Source: Mytilus edulis
Lineage: Eukaryota
Length of the DNA: 64,000 nucleotides
Direction: 5' to 3'
Assembly (NCBI RefSeq): GCF_963676685.1
Contig: NC_092351.1
Coordinates: forward strand, 57,226,001-57,290,000
Below, one piece after another: positions 41,556 through 53,023 of this stretch. Position numbers and translations under genes: made by a program. Numbering within the stretch: the stretch's first letter is position 1; every line of letters begins with the position of its first letter. A model generated the notes under the pieces. The model was given only the letters and a program-made list of their open reading frames with translations, ran no database searches and was not told the origin of the DNA.

Positions 41556-43758
41556 AACTAATCAATTATTCAATCAATACAATTGAGAATGGAAATAAAG
41601 AATGTGGCAAAGAGACAACAGCCAAACCAAAGAGCAGAAAACAGAAAACAACCGAAGGCCACCAATGGGTCTTCAACACAACGAGAAAATCCCGCAACCA
41701 GAGGCGGGCTTCAGCCGGTCTCTAAATAAAAATATGTACTACTTAAGTGAATATGGACTTACAGTAAACTAAAATAAAAAAAAACATAAAATAACTAACA
41801 AAGGCCAGAGTCTCCTGACTTGGGACAGGCGCAAAAATGCGGCGGGGTTAAACATGCTTTGTGAGATCTCAACCCTCCCACTATACAACTATACAACTAT
41901 AGCTAGTCAGCTAGCAACTGATTCATAAATTAAACTACTAGCAGTAACTGACATGCCAGCTCAAGACCCCAATTAAACCGATCAAAAGATTATATAGATA
42001 TAATAAGATGTGGTATGAGTGCCAATGAGACAACTCTCCATCCAAGTCACAATTTGTAATATGGAATATGTGTACTGTGTTTCAAATTAATTAGACTGCA
42101 ACTTCATCAAAATCTACCTTTACCAAAAAACTTTAACCTGAAGCGGGACAGACGGATGAACGGAAGAACGAACGGACGCACAGAACGAACAGCATAAAGT
42201 CCATAAATGGAACGTAAAAAATGTGCTGAAATTGAATGAAGGTCTGGTTAATCTCAATGAGACCATAATCGGCATATCCAAATAAATTTCCCTAAGGTCA
42301 CAAACAATATCTTTCACTTAAAGATCTATTGCCATTACTTCTGCAATATAGTATTTATCAATAATAATGTAAAAGAAATTGTATGCATGTAAATTAAAAA
42401 CGACCAGGGCAGCAAACTTAGCAGTCCTTTCAATACCAATCAAACACTGTAAAAATATTTTTGAATATTGTTCTCATTGATATAAATAGTAATTTTGTTA
42501 TCAGTAACTTAAAACCATATTAAATATTATTGTTTTACACATCAAGGTACTACAATCTGTTGTTACCTATGCTTTAGCATTGCACAAGGTCGTGTTTTTC
42601 TCTTATTGTTAATAACGTCTTTACACTAAATCCATTGGATGTTGGATTTGCACTGATTGACATTTTGGTCTTAGATACATGATTTTTGTATTAGTTTTTA
42701 TTGGCTTTGAACTAGCTGTCAGTAACTGCTATTACACTCCGATCTGTGCTTTTTTGTCCTTTTTACAGCGGATGACCGTGAAGTCATTCCGGTGTATTGA
42801 TGCGAGAGAGCTTTCCATTACGTAACTTTCGTGTTGAACTTGTAGCCGATCTATAATCTGTAAATACGCGGAAATCATCGAGTGTAAAATAACATTCATA
42901 ATCGCTTGTTATCCACTTATTTCTTCACTGTGTACTTAAAAATTTATTATTTTTAGAACATAAATTAAAAATATGAAAATGTTTTGTTATATATTATATA
43001 TATGTACTTATATAATTATTTTCTGTGACTGTATCTTACATTAATTTGTAGGATCCTTTACTATAGATAATTTAGCTGATCTGTTAAAATAACATCTCCA
43101 TGCCTTATATATCATGTACTGTAAGTACGACGTTAGATTAAAACTGACGTGGAAAGGTTGGACTATGGCTTCAATATTCAATGTTTTAAGAGATCATGTT
43201 TTACTTGGCGTAGCCTTAATAAGTTGGAATAGATCTACGAAGACCAAAGAATGGTCATGTATGGTTTGGCACTTGTACATGCCCACCGATGTCCAGATAT
43301 TGTTCGAAATTGTTTTTGAAAAGTTACGATGCTACCGGATATTGAAAAACATGTCCTTTTTTCATGGAAAATTAAACTGTTACGGCATATTACAGAACAC
43401 TAAACTGTCTTTCATTGCTGTAAATACAAGTTAAAAAGCTAACGTGGGTTACATTAAAGCTAGAAATCCAAATCCTCCGGCAACAGATAATTAAAAAGAA
43501 AAAGCACATGACCTTTACGTCGTTTTGCATTTGCGCCGATTTTAACATCATTTGAGGGTTAAACTTGCATTTAGCGGTGTTCAGGTCCTAAATAGAAAAT
43601 AAAGAGATGCGGACTAAATGTACACGGGACAAAGTTGCAATCAATACATAGACAAAATACAAATTATCAACGAGCAGGGCTTTTATTCCTGTTCTTCATC
43701 TTGAAAGAAGCTGGAGGGATTTCAACTCGGAACCGGACCATTTATACCCATTATACAA

Positions 43759-43825
43759 TAGCCACATAGGTTAGTGCATCGGACTACAAACTCAAAAGGT
43801 TCCTGGTTCGATCCCCGTTACGGGG
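43759..43825 (+). mobile_element. tRNA-derived SINE head fragment
   Basis: A-box-like TAGCCACATAGGTTAG and B-box GGTTCGATCCC (43805-43815); no complete cloverleaf. Confidence 0.55.
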
Positions 43826-43965
43826 AGAAAATTACAATCCACTATAAATAAATATGTTTAAACTAACCATAGTCATACACTTGACTATTAGGATTACACG
43901 TTTTTTTTCCTTTATCCTACATATGTCTTTTGATATTGTTCCTATATGATCCTATATGTAAATCC

Positions 43966-44269
43966 TTGAATGTTGAATGTTGAAAATGGATACAAAAAAA
44001 ATAAAATAAAAGAAATGAATGTTGAATATTGAAATCGAATGTTGAATGTTGAAATCGAATGTTGCATGTTGAAATCGAAAGTTGAATGTTGAAAATGGAT
44101 ACAAGAAAAAAAAAAATTAAAAAAATTTGAATGTTGAAAGTTGAATGTTGAAATCGAATGTTGAATGTTGAAATCGAATGTTGAATGTTGAAAATGGATA
44201 CAAGAAAAAAAAAAAAAAATTTGAATGTTGAATGATGAATGTTGAATATTGAACCAACTTGACATCCGT
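43966..44269 (-). repeat. Inverted copy of the left end of the TTCAACA satellite element
   Basis: Reverse complement begins ACGGATGTCAAGTTGGTTCAATATTCAACATTC, matching 36258 onward, including the T-run/CTTGTATCCATTTTCAAC sub-units. Confidence 0.88.
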
Positions 44270-44307
44270 TGTTAACACTGTCAATCATGATGACATCGTT
44301 CTCCTTT

Positions 44308-44750
44308 TTTTAGCTCACATGACCCAGAGGGTCAAGTGAGCTTTTCTCATCATTTAGCATCCACTGTCCGTCGTCGTTCGTTAACTTTTACAAAAACCTT
44401 TGAAACTACTTGGATAAATTGAACCAAAATTGGCTTTACTCAACCGTAGAGTATCTAGTTAAAAAATTATCCAATGACCTCATCAAGGATAAAAAATAAA
44501 ACATAGGGGTAAAATGTAGATTTTGGCTTATGTCTCTGAAATCAAAAGAATTTAGAGGATTACTAAAATGGGAATAAACCTGTTCATCAGGTCAAGATCT
44601 ATCTGCCCTTGAATTGTTTTCAGACGAATCAGACACGCTGTTGTTGGGTTGCTGCCCCTGAATTGGTAATTTTAAGAAAATGTTGCAGTTTTTGGGTATT
44701 AAAATCAATATCATTATAGATAGGGATAAACTGTAAACAACAAGATTGTC
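44308..44750 (+). mobile_element. HINE/Helentron-like element, 5' portion
   Basis: TTTTAGCTCAC...GTGAGC hairpin, GTCCGTCGTC microsatellite, and a core similar to 49661-50790. Confidence 0.7.
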
Positions 44751-45146
44751 CAGTAAAGGTGTAATACCACCATTGATATTCCCCAATTAGTCTTTGTTGA
44801 ATTTGCACTTATCAAAGAAAATATGCAGAACTTATCATTGATTCAAATAACCAAATACTTGGCTTGAGTAAAGTTTTATCCTGTCCAATACGATAGAAAC
44901 AAAATACACGTATAACCATGACTGGATTTAAACTAATGAAATTTTACCTGTGTACAAGCTTTAATAACCATGTAACCTCAGGTTATAGACACCCAAAATA
45001 AAAAAAATAATGGACTTTGAAATACCAAAGATTAACCTAGATTTGCTTCCTTAAAAAAGCAAAATCAAACTGACCAATAGCAAGTATATTAGTTAAGAGA
45101 TGTATTGTTTTGGTCGCTTTATTTATTTGTGAACTTTCCCGTACAG

Positions 45147-45236
45147 GACTTCCTCATGAGAGACATGGCAGATACATATTTTAGCGAAGCTCTATGTGAA
45201 ATGGATGAGTTGAGAAGGGGAAACCAAAGGTCAAAG
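45147..45236 (+). CDS. Divergent repeat exon (DFLMRDMADTYFSEALCEMDELRRGNQRSK)
   Basis: CAG acceptor; the AAG|GTAAGGTTATGTGCTCTAAA donor context is shared with the upstream copies; 90 nt, phase 0-0. The downstream intron is also homologous. Confidence 0.7.
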
Positions 45237-45765
45237 GTAAGGTTATGTGCTCTAAACATTTCTTAAAATATACTCTGTAACACTTTAGATAAAAAAACGT
45301 TGCTATTTTCAACTGATTAATCATAGCAACTCAAAATAGTTCAAAATTTCAGAGAAAATCTACAGCCCACAAGGATTTTTCTATTAACTTAAAATCATCC
45401 ATCAAACCCGAGAAACCGGAAAGTGTGTAGTCAAAAAGGATGTGTTCATTGAATCTCGTTTTGAACTTGTGGCAGGTTATAACATATTTGATAAACTGTT
45501 CTTGGTTTTGAGTAGACGTAATCTTACATTTTTAGGTTTAGAACCTAACCAAGTGTCGAGTGATGAATACATAGCAATAGACGCCTACCTTGTCTATTTT
45601 CGCGCAGTTTCTCGCTCCATTTGGAGTAATGCGATATCCTTGGTTAAAAGACTAGTCTTGTTTTGTTTAATCGTTAATGATAAATGCTATGTGAATATCT
45701 GTTAACTACTTTTGAGTTATTTTTAGATATGATAAAGGTTAATAATGCTTTAATTTTTTCATTGT

Positions 45766-45822
45766 ATTGAATATTCTTGCTTTGAATTGAATCAGTTGAG
45801 AGATTAAAATCGAAGATTACAG
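45766..45822 (+). pseudogene. Decayed partial repeat exon
   Basis: Reads IEYSCFELNQLRD*NRRLQ|GTAAGG; the GAA codon of the other copies is TAA here, and the 5' part is lost. Confidence 0.65.
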
Positions 45823-46707
45823 GTAAGGGTATTTTGCAATACCGTCTTATTAATTTGCCTCTTAATTGGCGTAAGAACTAGATATCAACTTGAAAAACTA
45901 ATGTTTTAAGTATATCAACTGGTTTTTAAATAGATGAGTTATAACAGTGCTTTCAAATAATCTTTTAGTTTCTCTTATCATGACTTTTATGTACGTCATA
46001 TTTAAAAGATGCAGTCCGGAAGGGGATGATTTTTATATCATTTTGTGTATCTTCAATGTGAAGGAATACTAATGTATTTTCTTTTTTAGCTACAACTGAA
46101 AACAAAGCCAGACGTTTTTCAGTTAGGACCTGAACATTTCTTGAAAAGGTTTTTTCTTCATTCTTTATTTTTTGGTTTAAATTTTAATGTAGTATTGGCA
46201 CATTATTTGCTTTCCTGTAAACCCTAAATTAACCCTCTTAAATCTTCTTCTGATCATAATTTATTATGCGAAAGCACATTTGATGTGTTTAACTTTCCGA
46301 AATGAGAGTACTTTAGGGGGAAATCAACATTACTACAAAACACTTATACTTGTGTCTCTATGTATTGTATTGTCATTATTTCTTGTACGGTACTGTTTAT
46401 TTGGATTGATAATCTTCTGTTATCAAAACTGTTGTTAAGTTCAATAAAAAGTTAATTGAAATTTTGAACTTAGAAGGCATTTGTAAATGAATCGAAACTG
46501 TGGTTTCTCTTGTCAACAGGACAGGGCCTTCAGTCTTGTCTGTTACATTTCCAATGAGAATAAAAATGTATATGGAAATTAATCGAAACATAAGAATACG
46601 AAAAACCTGATTTTCGAAAAAAGTGGTCATTTGTTTCCATTTATGTTGGAGAAAAGAGTTCGTTAAACTTTTTTACTAAGTCTTTCTTTTATTTTCATCG
46701 ATGACAG

Positions 46708-46833
46708 AATCAGATAACTATGCAAAATAGGTTTGAGAAAGAGCGAGCTGATGCTAAGAATGCTGTAGAGGAATATGTATATGACATGAAAGATAAACTG
46801 TCTGGGGCCTATGAACCTTTTGTTAGAGAAGCA
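46708..46833 (+). CDS. Hsp110/HSPA4-like C-terminal helical region, exon A ([42 protein letters not shown])
   Basis: The [16 protein letters not shown] signature of Hsp110; AG/GT boundaries, 126 nt, phase 0-0. Confidence 0.95.
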
Positions 46834-47588
46834 GTAAGTAGCATGCATATTTACTGACAAACTATATGGTCAACTTAAAATGCAACTATTATGTTAGCTT
46901 TCCAAATTTTAGTTACTCATGATATTATGAAAAAAATATTTTCCAGGTGATTTAGTTATGTGACTCTCTTATATTTGAATATGCCAAGTTGATTAGTACG
47001 GGTAAAACATGAAATAAAAGAAAATTACCAAAAATTAGAAAATTGGTTTACAGTATGTCTAATAAACGATTATCTATGGTTCTGAAAATATCAAACACAA
47101 TAGGGAAGCTTAAATACAAGGATGTTATCAATCATATGTTTCTAACGGATTTGTGATTCGTTTAAACTTTATCTCATGTAAATGTGTATTCACGCAGTTT
47201 GCACGCCAATGTCGTGTGTAGCTTTTGGAAGTCATTATAAAATTTCACAATTTTAAATAGTTCATGAAATATTTGCTTGAGGTCAGTATGATGTTTTATC
47301 GACCTTGAGAGACATATTGACTGAGGACAATATAACATGGTAACGACCTTATCGAAAGTATAACTGTATAGAAACAAATTGTCATCTCAATATAACACCT
47401 ACAATACTCTCTCCGCCTTTATTTTTTATAATAGAGAATATCAACTTCTATATTTCTATTGGGTTGTCACTGATAAAAAAGGAATATATATAACACTTGA
47501 TTAACCATGACCATTTACAACTGTTACATTACAATATGTTTTAAAATACTGCACATGAAAATCATATTTATTTTGTTTTCCATTTTAG

Positions 47589-47696
47589 AACAGAGAAAAG
47601 TTCAGTAAATTATTATCAGAAACTGAAGACTGGCTGTGTGAAGAAGGAGATGACCAGAAAAAACAAATTTACCTTGACAAACTTACACAGTTAAAG
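47589..47696 (+). CDS. Hsp110/HSPA4-like exon B (NREKFSKLLSETEDWLCEEGDDQKKQIYLDKLTQLK)
   Basis: TEDWL(Y)EEG motif; AG/GT boundaries, 108 nt, phase 0-0. Confidence 0.95.
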
Positions 47697-48736
47697 GTAT
47701 TTTGATTTGTTATGTTTTATTTGAAATCAGTACATTTGTGAGTTAGAAAACATCATATACCTAATCCTGGCCTTGTTTACACTAGTTTATATCATGATAT
47801 ACAAATGTATAAATATATGTATAGCTATATTTGTTTGTAAATTACATACAATATGACATACTTAAATTTTTATGCCACATGTATGGGCATGATTTTTATT
47901 GGTCTGTGCATCCGTTTGTCTTTTCCTTCCTCCGCTCGTTGGTTTGTCTCGCTTCAGGTTAAAGTTTTGGTCCACTGAACATAGAAAATGATAATGGCGT
48001 TGGGGCATACGTGAACTAGGGACACATTCTTGTTTGATATATATAATATGTTGAAAATATAAATTAGAAAGATGATATTCACCCCGCTAGATGTCAAATG
48101 CTTCAACATGTAAGCAGTCTAAAGTCTGCTTTTTCAAGGTAGTTGCAAACCTCTACTTATATAAGTTATGAAAATAACCAGTCAAGGTTTCCTTAAGGTC
48201 TACAGTGTTGGGGGGAAAACATGTTTACTGTTGTGCCAGTTGATAACTGTAATTTTCTGTATAGATTTAGAAAGAATTTTGATTGCTATCACAGAAGATA
48301 TCTTATTTAGACATGTATTTTAATAGCTTCTATAAAAAAAAGTAGATGTGGTATGATTGCCTATGAGACAACTCTCTACAAGAAACCAAAATGACACAAA
48401 AAACAACTATAGGTCACCGTACGGCCTTCAACAATGAGCATACCCGCATAGTCAGCTATAAAAGGTCATGAAATGACATTGTAAAACAATTCAAAGGAGA
48501 AAACTAATGGCCTTATTAGTTATGTACAAAAAATGAACGAAAAACAAATATGTATTACATAAACAAACGACAACCACCGAATTACACAGTCCTGACTTAG
48601 GACACTCATTTTCATACAGAATATTGCGGGGTTAAACATGTTAGCAGGATCCCAACCCTCCCTTAACCTGGGAAAGTGGTATAACAGTACAATATAAGAA
48701 CAAACTATAAAAATCTGTCTATTTGATTACTTTAAG

Positions 48737-48856
48737 AATATTGGTATTCCAATAAAAGACAGATATGATGAATTCCAGTGGAGGCCTGCAGCATTTGATG
48801 AATTATGCCATGGTATACAACATGTCAGGAAATTTTTAGATCTCTGTGGTCAGAAG
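48737..48856 (+). CDS. Hsp110/HSPA4-like exon C (NIGIPIKDRYDEFQWRPAAFDELCHGIQHVRKFLDLCGQK)
   Basis: Matches the GxPIKxRY..RPxAFxEL pattern of Hsp110; AAG acceptor, AAG|GTAATG donor, 120 nt. Confidence 0.92.
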
Positions 48857-49415
48857 GTAATGCATAGTTCTTGAAGTCATTATATCCTCTACTTTGATTG
48901 TGATGCAGGGGTTTATAGCAACTGTTGTGTCCTTCACTCTACACTTTGTCTTCAAAACAACTATAGAATCAGTAACACATGGTATTGCTCACCCCTATCA
49001 CAGCCTACACCTGCTATCAACTTTTACGATGTAAAATTTAATTCAATGATGTTGGCAGTGGCGTCAACAATTTGTGGCTAGGTCAGTTGAAGAGGAGCCT
49101 CTTCTGATAAATCAATGATACCGTAAATTGGGTTATTTTGGTTATAGTTTTATTTTAGTTTATTTGATGCCTCAAATGAAAGTGCCAAAATTAAACACAC
49201 CAAAATAAGGCAAACACTAAAAAATTGAAACGCCAAAATCGCATACCGGTACCACAATATCGTAATGTTAATTGTATGGGAAAATATTTGATGCTATTAT
49301 ATCTTCCGTATTTTTACTACAATTCTATACATAGTCAAATCTGCCAATAAGTAACTGGTATAATTTGACAACACTTTCTAATTCTTACTTTATTGTCAAT
49401 TTTCTAAAATTGTTA

Positions 49416-50803
49416 CAGCACTTCTATAAAAGCATGCAAACAAATCATTGATTAACTTGCTTGCTATATTTGTTGGATGTTTGTTTACTATTTACTGGAA
49501 TTTGATTGGACAATAACCATTAAATTCATTTCATATCAATTCTTATTGTCCAATCAAATCCCAGTATATATAAAATCTGACTGAAACTCCGCCTTCCTAT
49601 TGTTGGCAAACAACCAAGCAAACATAGCAAGTAAGTTGATCAATGTTTTGTTTTGCATTCTTTTTAGCTCACCGTTCCAAAGGAACTGTGAGCTTTAGCC
49701 ATCACTTGGCGTCCGTCGTCGTCCGTCTGGTGTAAACTAGTTCAAACATCTTCTCTTCTGAAACTACTGAACCAATTCAAACCAAACTTAAGCTGAATGA
49801 TCCTTAGGGTGTCTAGAATAAAGTTTGTGTTTTATTTTATGTTTCGTCAAAAAACCTAGCCGCCATAGCTAAAATAGAACATCGGGGTAAAATGCAGTTT
49901 TTGGCTCATATTTCAAAAACCAAAGCAGTAAGAGCAAATATGACATGGGATAAAAGTGTTCATAAGGTTAAGTTCTATCAGCCCTGAAATAACCCTTTGT
50001 TGGGTTGTTGCCACTAAATTGGTAATTTTAAGGACATTTTGGAGTTTTTGGTTATTATCTTGAATAGTATTAATGACAAAGATAAGCTGTAAACAGCAAA
50101 TAGGTTCAGGAAAGTAAGATCTACAAATAAGTTTTGTATGACCAAAATTGTCAACTGGCCCCTTTAAGAGTTATTGCCCTTTTAGGACAATTTTACACAT
50201 TTGTTTATCATGTTTTCTAACTTTAAAAAATCTTCTCCTCTAAAACTACCGAAACCAAATTTAATCTGAATGATCCTTAGGATATCTAGAATAAAGTTTG
50301 TGTTTTATTTTCTGTTTCTTCAAAAACATGGCCGCCATGGCTAAAAATAGAACAAAGGGGTAAAATGCAGTTTTTGGCTTCTATCTCGTAACCAAAGGAT
50401 TTATAGCCAATCTGACATGGGATGAAAGTGTTCATTAGGTCAAGTTCTATCAGCCCTGAAGTTTTCAGATAAATCTAACAACCCATTGTTTAGTTGCTGC
50501 CACTAAATCGGTAATTTTTAGGAAATTTTGCAGTTTTTTGTTATCATCTTGAATGTTATTAATAATAAAGATAAACTGTAAACAAAAACAAAAAAAATCA
50601 GCAAAGTAAGATCTAAAAAATTAAAATTAAACTTTGTTTGATTTCATCAAAAAATAAATTCTTAAGGTTCTTTGATATGCTGAATCTACAAAAAAACAAA
50701 AAAAAAAATACGATGAAATTGGACACTTAAACTAAAGATAAATGCAAAAAAAAATCAAGGTGAGCGATTGAGGATCTTGAGAGCCTTTTGTGTAGAAGAA
50801 CTG
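49416..50803. mobile_element. Palindromic TA-flanked MITE interrupted by a HINE-like element
   Basis: TA|CAGCACTTCTATAAAAGCATGC...GCATTCTTTT[insert]GTAGAAGAACTG|TA, with inverted arms at 49435-49485 and 49608-49660. Confidence 0.7.
49661..50790 (+). mobile_element. HINE/Helentron-like non-autonomous element, near complete
   Basis: TTTTAGCTCACC...GTGAGC 5' hairpin, CGTC microsatellite, two ~480-bp core repeats, and 3' GGTGAGCGA plus imperfect hairpin AGGATCTTGAGAGCCT. Inserted in a T-run. Confidence 0.8.
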
Positions 50804-51533
50804 TAAGAAAACACAGCAAGAAATTTTATTCACACATGTGACACTTTTTTCAGCTTTGAACCACGATATACGGAATTATTTGTAATTGCATCCGGCATAG
50901 TCAGATCCAGTGCCCCCGTTTTTCGATGGAAAAATTTGGTTGATTATATAGGGAATCAATGAAGCATGACTGGAATGAGCCCCCCCCCTTATGAAAAGTT
51001 CTGGATCCGCCATTGAATCTGTATCAGATTCCTTCATGAGGTTAACTTTGTCGTGTTTCTTGTTTGAGAAGTTCGATGATATTTTATCAAATAACATGTA
51101 AATAAAGGCAAAAATCAAACATGTCCATTGGACGAAGCACCACGATTACACACACCAAAATAAAACACAGCCCTTTCAAGAGAAAACTGCCAAAATATCA
51201 CGACGCCAACATTTCCCAATTTACGGTATTTGGTATGCAACTTGTACAAGCATTGGGACATCACATTTTCATTCAGTTAAATGGCCTTGGACAAATAACA
51301 TATGTGCAACACAGGGGGTCATTGGAATTCTGTTCTCATTTTCCTTTTTTAATGAGTCACTTTCAAATTTGAGATGGGAGAATATAAATATTTGTATTGA
51401 ATAGCTTAAAAAATGGTAAATACTGAAGTGGGAAAGGCTGGGCTTCTCATTTGGGATAGGTTAAACAAAAGAAATCCACATGTATGAAAAGAAGGTTATC
51501 AAGATATTACTATGCTGTATATTGTATTTACAG

Positions 51534-51695
51534 GATGAAAAGTTCGCCCACTTATCAGCAGAAGATATTGAAAAAGTCTCTAAATGTCTGGAAGAAAAAG
51601 AACAATGGCAAAACAAAGCACTGATGGACACACAAAAACAAAGTTGTTATGATCCTCCAAATGTTTTAGCACAACAAATTCGATCAACAAAACAG
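51534..51695 (+). CDS. Hsp110/HSPA4-like exon D (DEKFAHLSAEDIEKV...DPPNVLAQQIRSTKQ)
   Basis: DEKxxHL..KV..W..DP pattern; CAG acceptor, CAG|GTGAGC donor, 162 nt. Confidence 0.93.
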
Positions 51696-52828
51696 GTGAG
51701 CCAACTTTAAAATTGGTGTGTTATCATTAATTATATTACAGACTTAGAAATATCATCATTTATAAATTGTACATAATATTCTCTCTATTTAGAGCTGTAA
51801 TGATACACTTAACTAATGATAAGAAACTTATTTAAGGGTTGCGGTAAGATACATTTTGATTACATTCATAATCAATACATAACCTTAAACCCAATACATG
51901 TAGTGTAATATTAAACTACCTTTGTTCTAGGGTTTTTGTTTTTTTTTGTTAACCTGGTGTTCACTTATTATAGCTGAAATACATGCCATTCTTTTTATGA
52001 TGTTTTTAATTTGAAACAAGTATTAACTGGAATTTTGATTGGTTTTATATGGAACGGAACTGAACAGGAATACCAAGAAAATGAATCTAAAATCAAACCA
52101 AGCAAAAATACTCCGGTTCATAACTTCTTCTGTGAATTGTTTCACAACTAGTCTATATATATATATACATATTATATTTTTGTCTATATTGATTTATTTA
52201 TCCATCAACAGTCTTCGGAGGTCATCAGGATGGATAATTAGATGGCACCTGTTCTAAAATACACGGGAAATGCTTAGATATTATAATAAGTCCACCGTGC
52301 ATGGTTAATTGTTTTGTTTGTAATTTTTGTAATTTGAATAAATGTTTTATATAGAAAAGATGATGTGGTATGATTGCCAATGAGACAACTCTCTACAAGA
52401 GACCAAATGACACTAAAAATAACCGCTTTAGGTCACAGTATGGCATTCAACAAATAGCAAAGCCAATACCACAGTCAGCTATAAAAGGTCCCAAAATCAC
52501 AAATATAAAATAATTCAAACCAGAAAACTATTTGGCCTAATTAATGAACCAAACAAATGGACGAAAAACAAATGTGTAACACAGCATTAAATGACAACCA
52601 CTGAAATACAGGTTCCTGACTTGGGACAGGCACATACACAAAGAAAGTGGCAGGGTTAAACATGTTACCAGGATCTTGTATGTTTCAAATATAATTTGAT
52701 GAATTAGGTAAATTGATGAACTAGATTTTAACAGCTAATGCCTAATTTGGAACAAAAGTATTTTTAAAGGATTGAAAATTTTAATCACTTGACGTTGATA
52801 ATTATTGTAATCTTATTTAATATGTTAG

Positions 52829-53023
52829 TCATTAGATACTACGTGCAATCCCATTATGAACAAACCCAAGCCTGAAGTGGAACCACCAAAAGAAGAGAAA
52901 AAAGATGTGAAGAAGGAAGGAGAAAATAATGGAGAGAAAATGGAAACAGATTCAACAAAACCAGGAGAAACACCCGCAGATTCACCGAAAACAGAAGTAA
53001 AACCGGAAATGGACATCGATTGA
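52829..53023 (+). CDS. Hsp110/HSPA4-like terminal exon (SLDTTCNPIMNKPKPEVEPPKEE...KPEMDID*)
   Basis: CxPIxxKPKPxVEPPKEE and the terminal EMDID typical of HSPA4; TAG acceptor; TGA at 53021-53023; AATAAA at ~53376 and ~53797. Confidence 0.95.
   Translation, partial: SLDTTCNPIMNKPKPEVEPPKEEKKDVKKEGENNGEKMETDSTKPGETPADSPKTEVKPEMDID

Noticed and set aside
43759-43825. Functional tRNA gene
   Set aside because: A and B boxes are present, but the anticodon and acceptor stems do not pair.
46708-53023. Calling this the canonical full-length HSPA4 and giving it that symbol
   Set aside because: Only the C-terminal exons are visible and the upstream exons are unrelated; orthology is not established.
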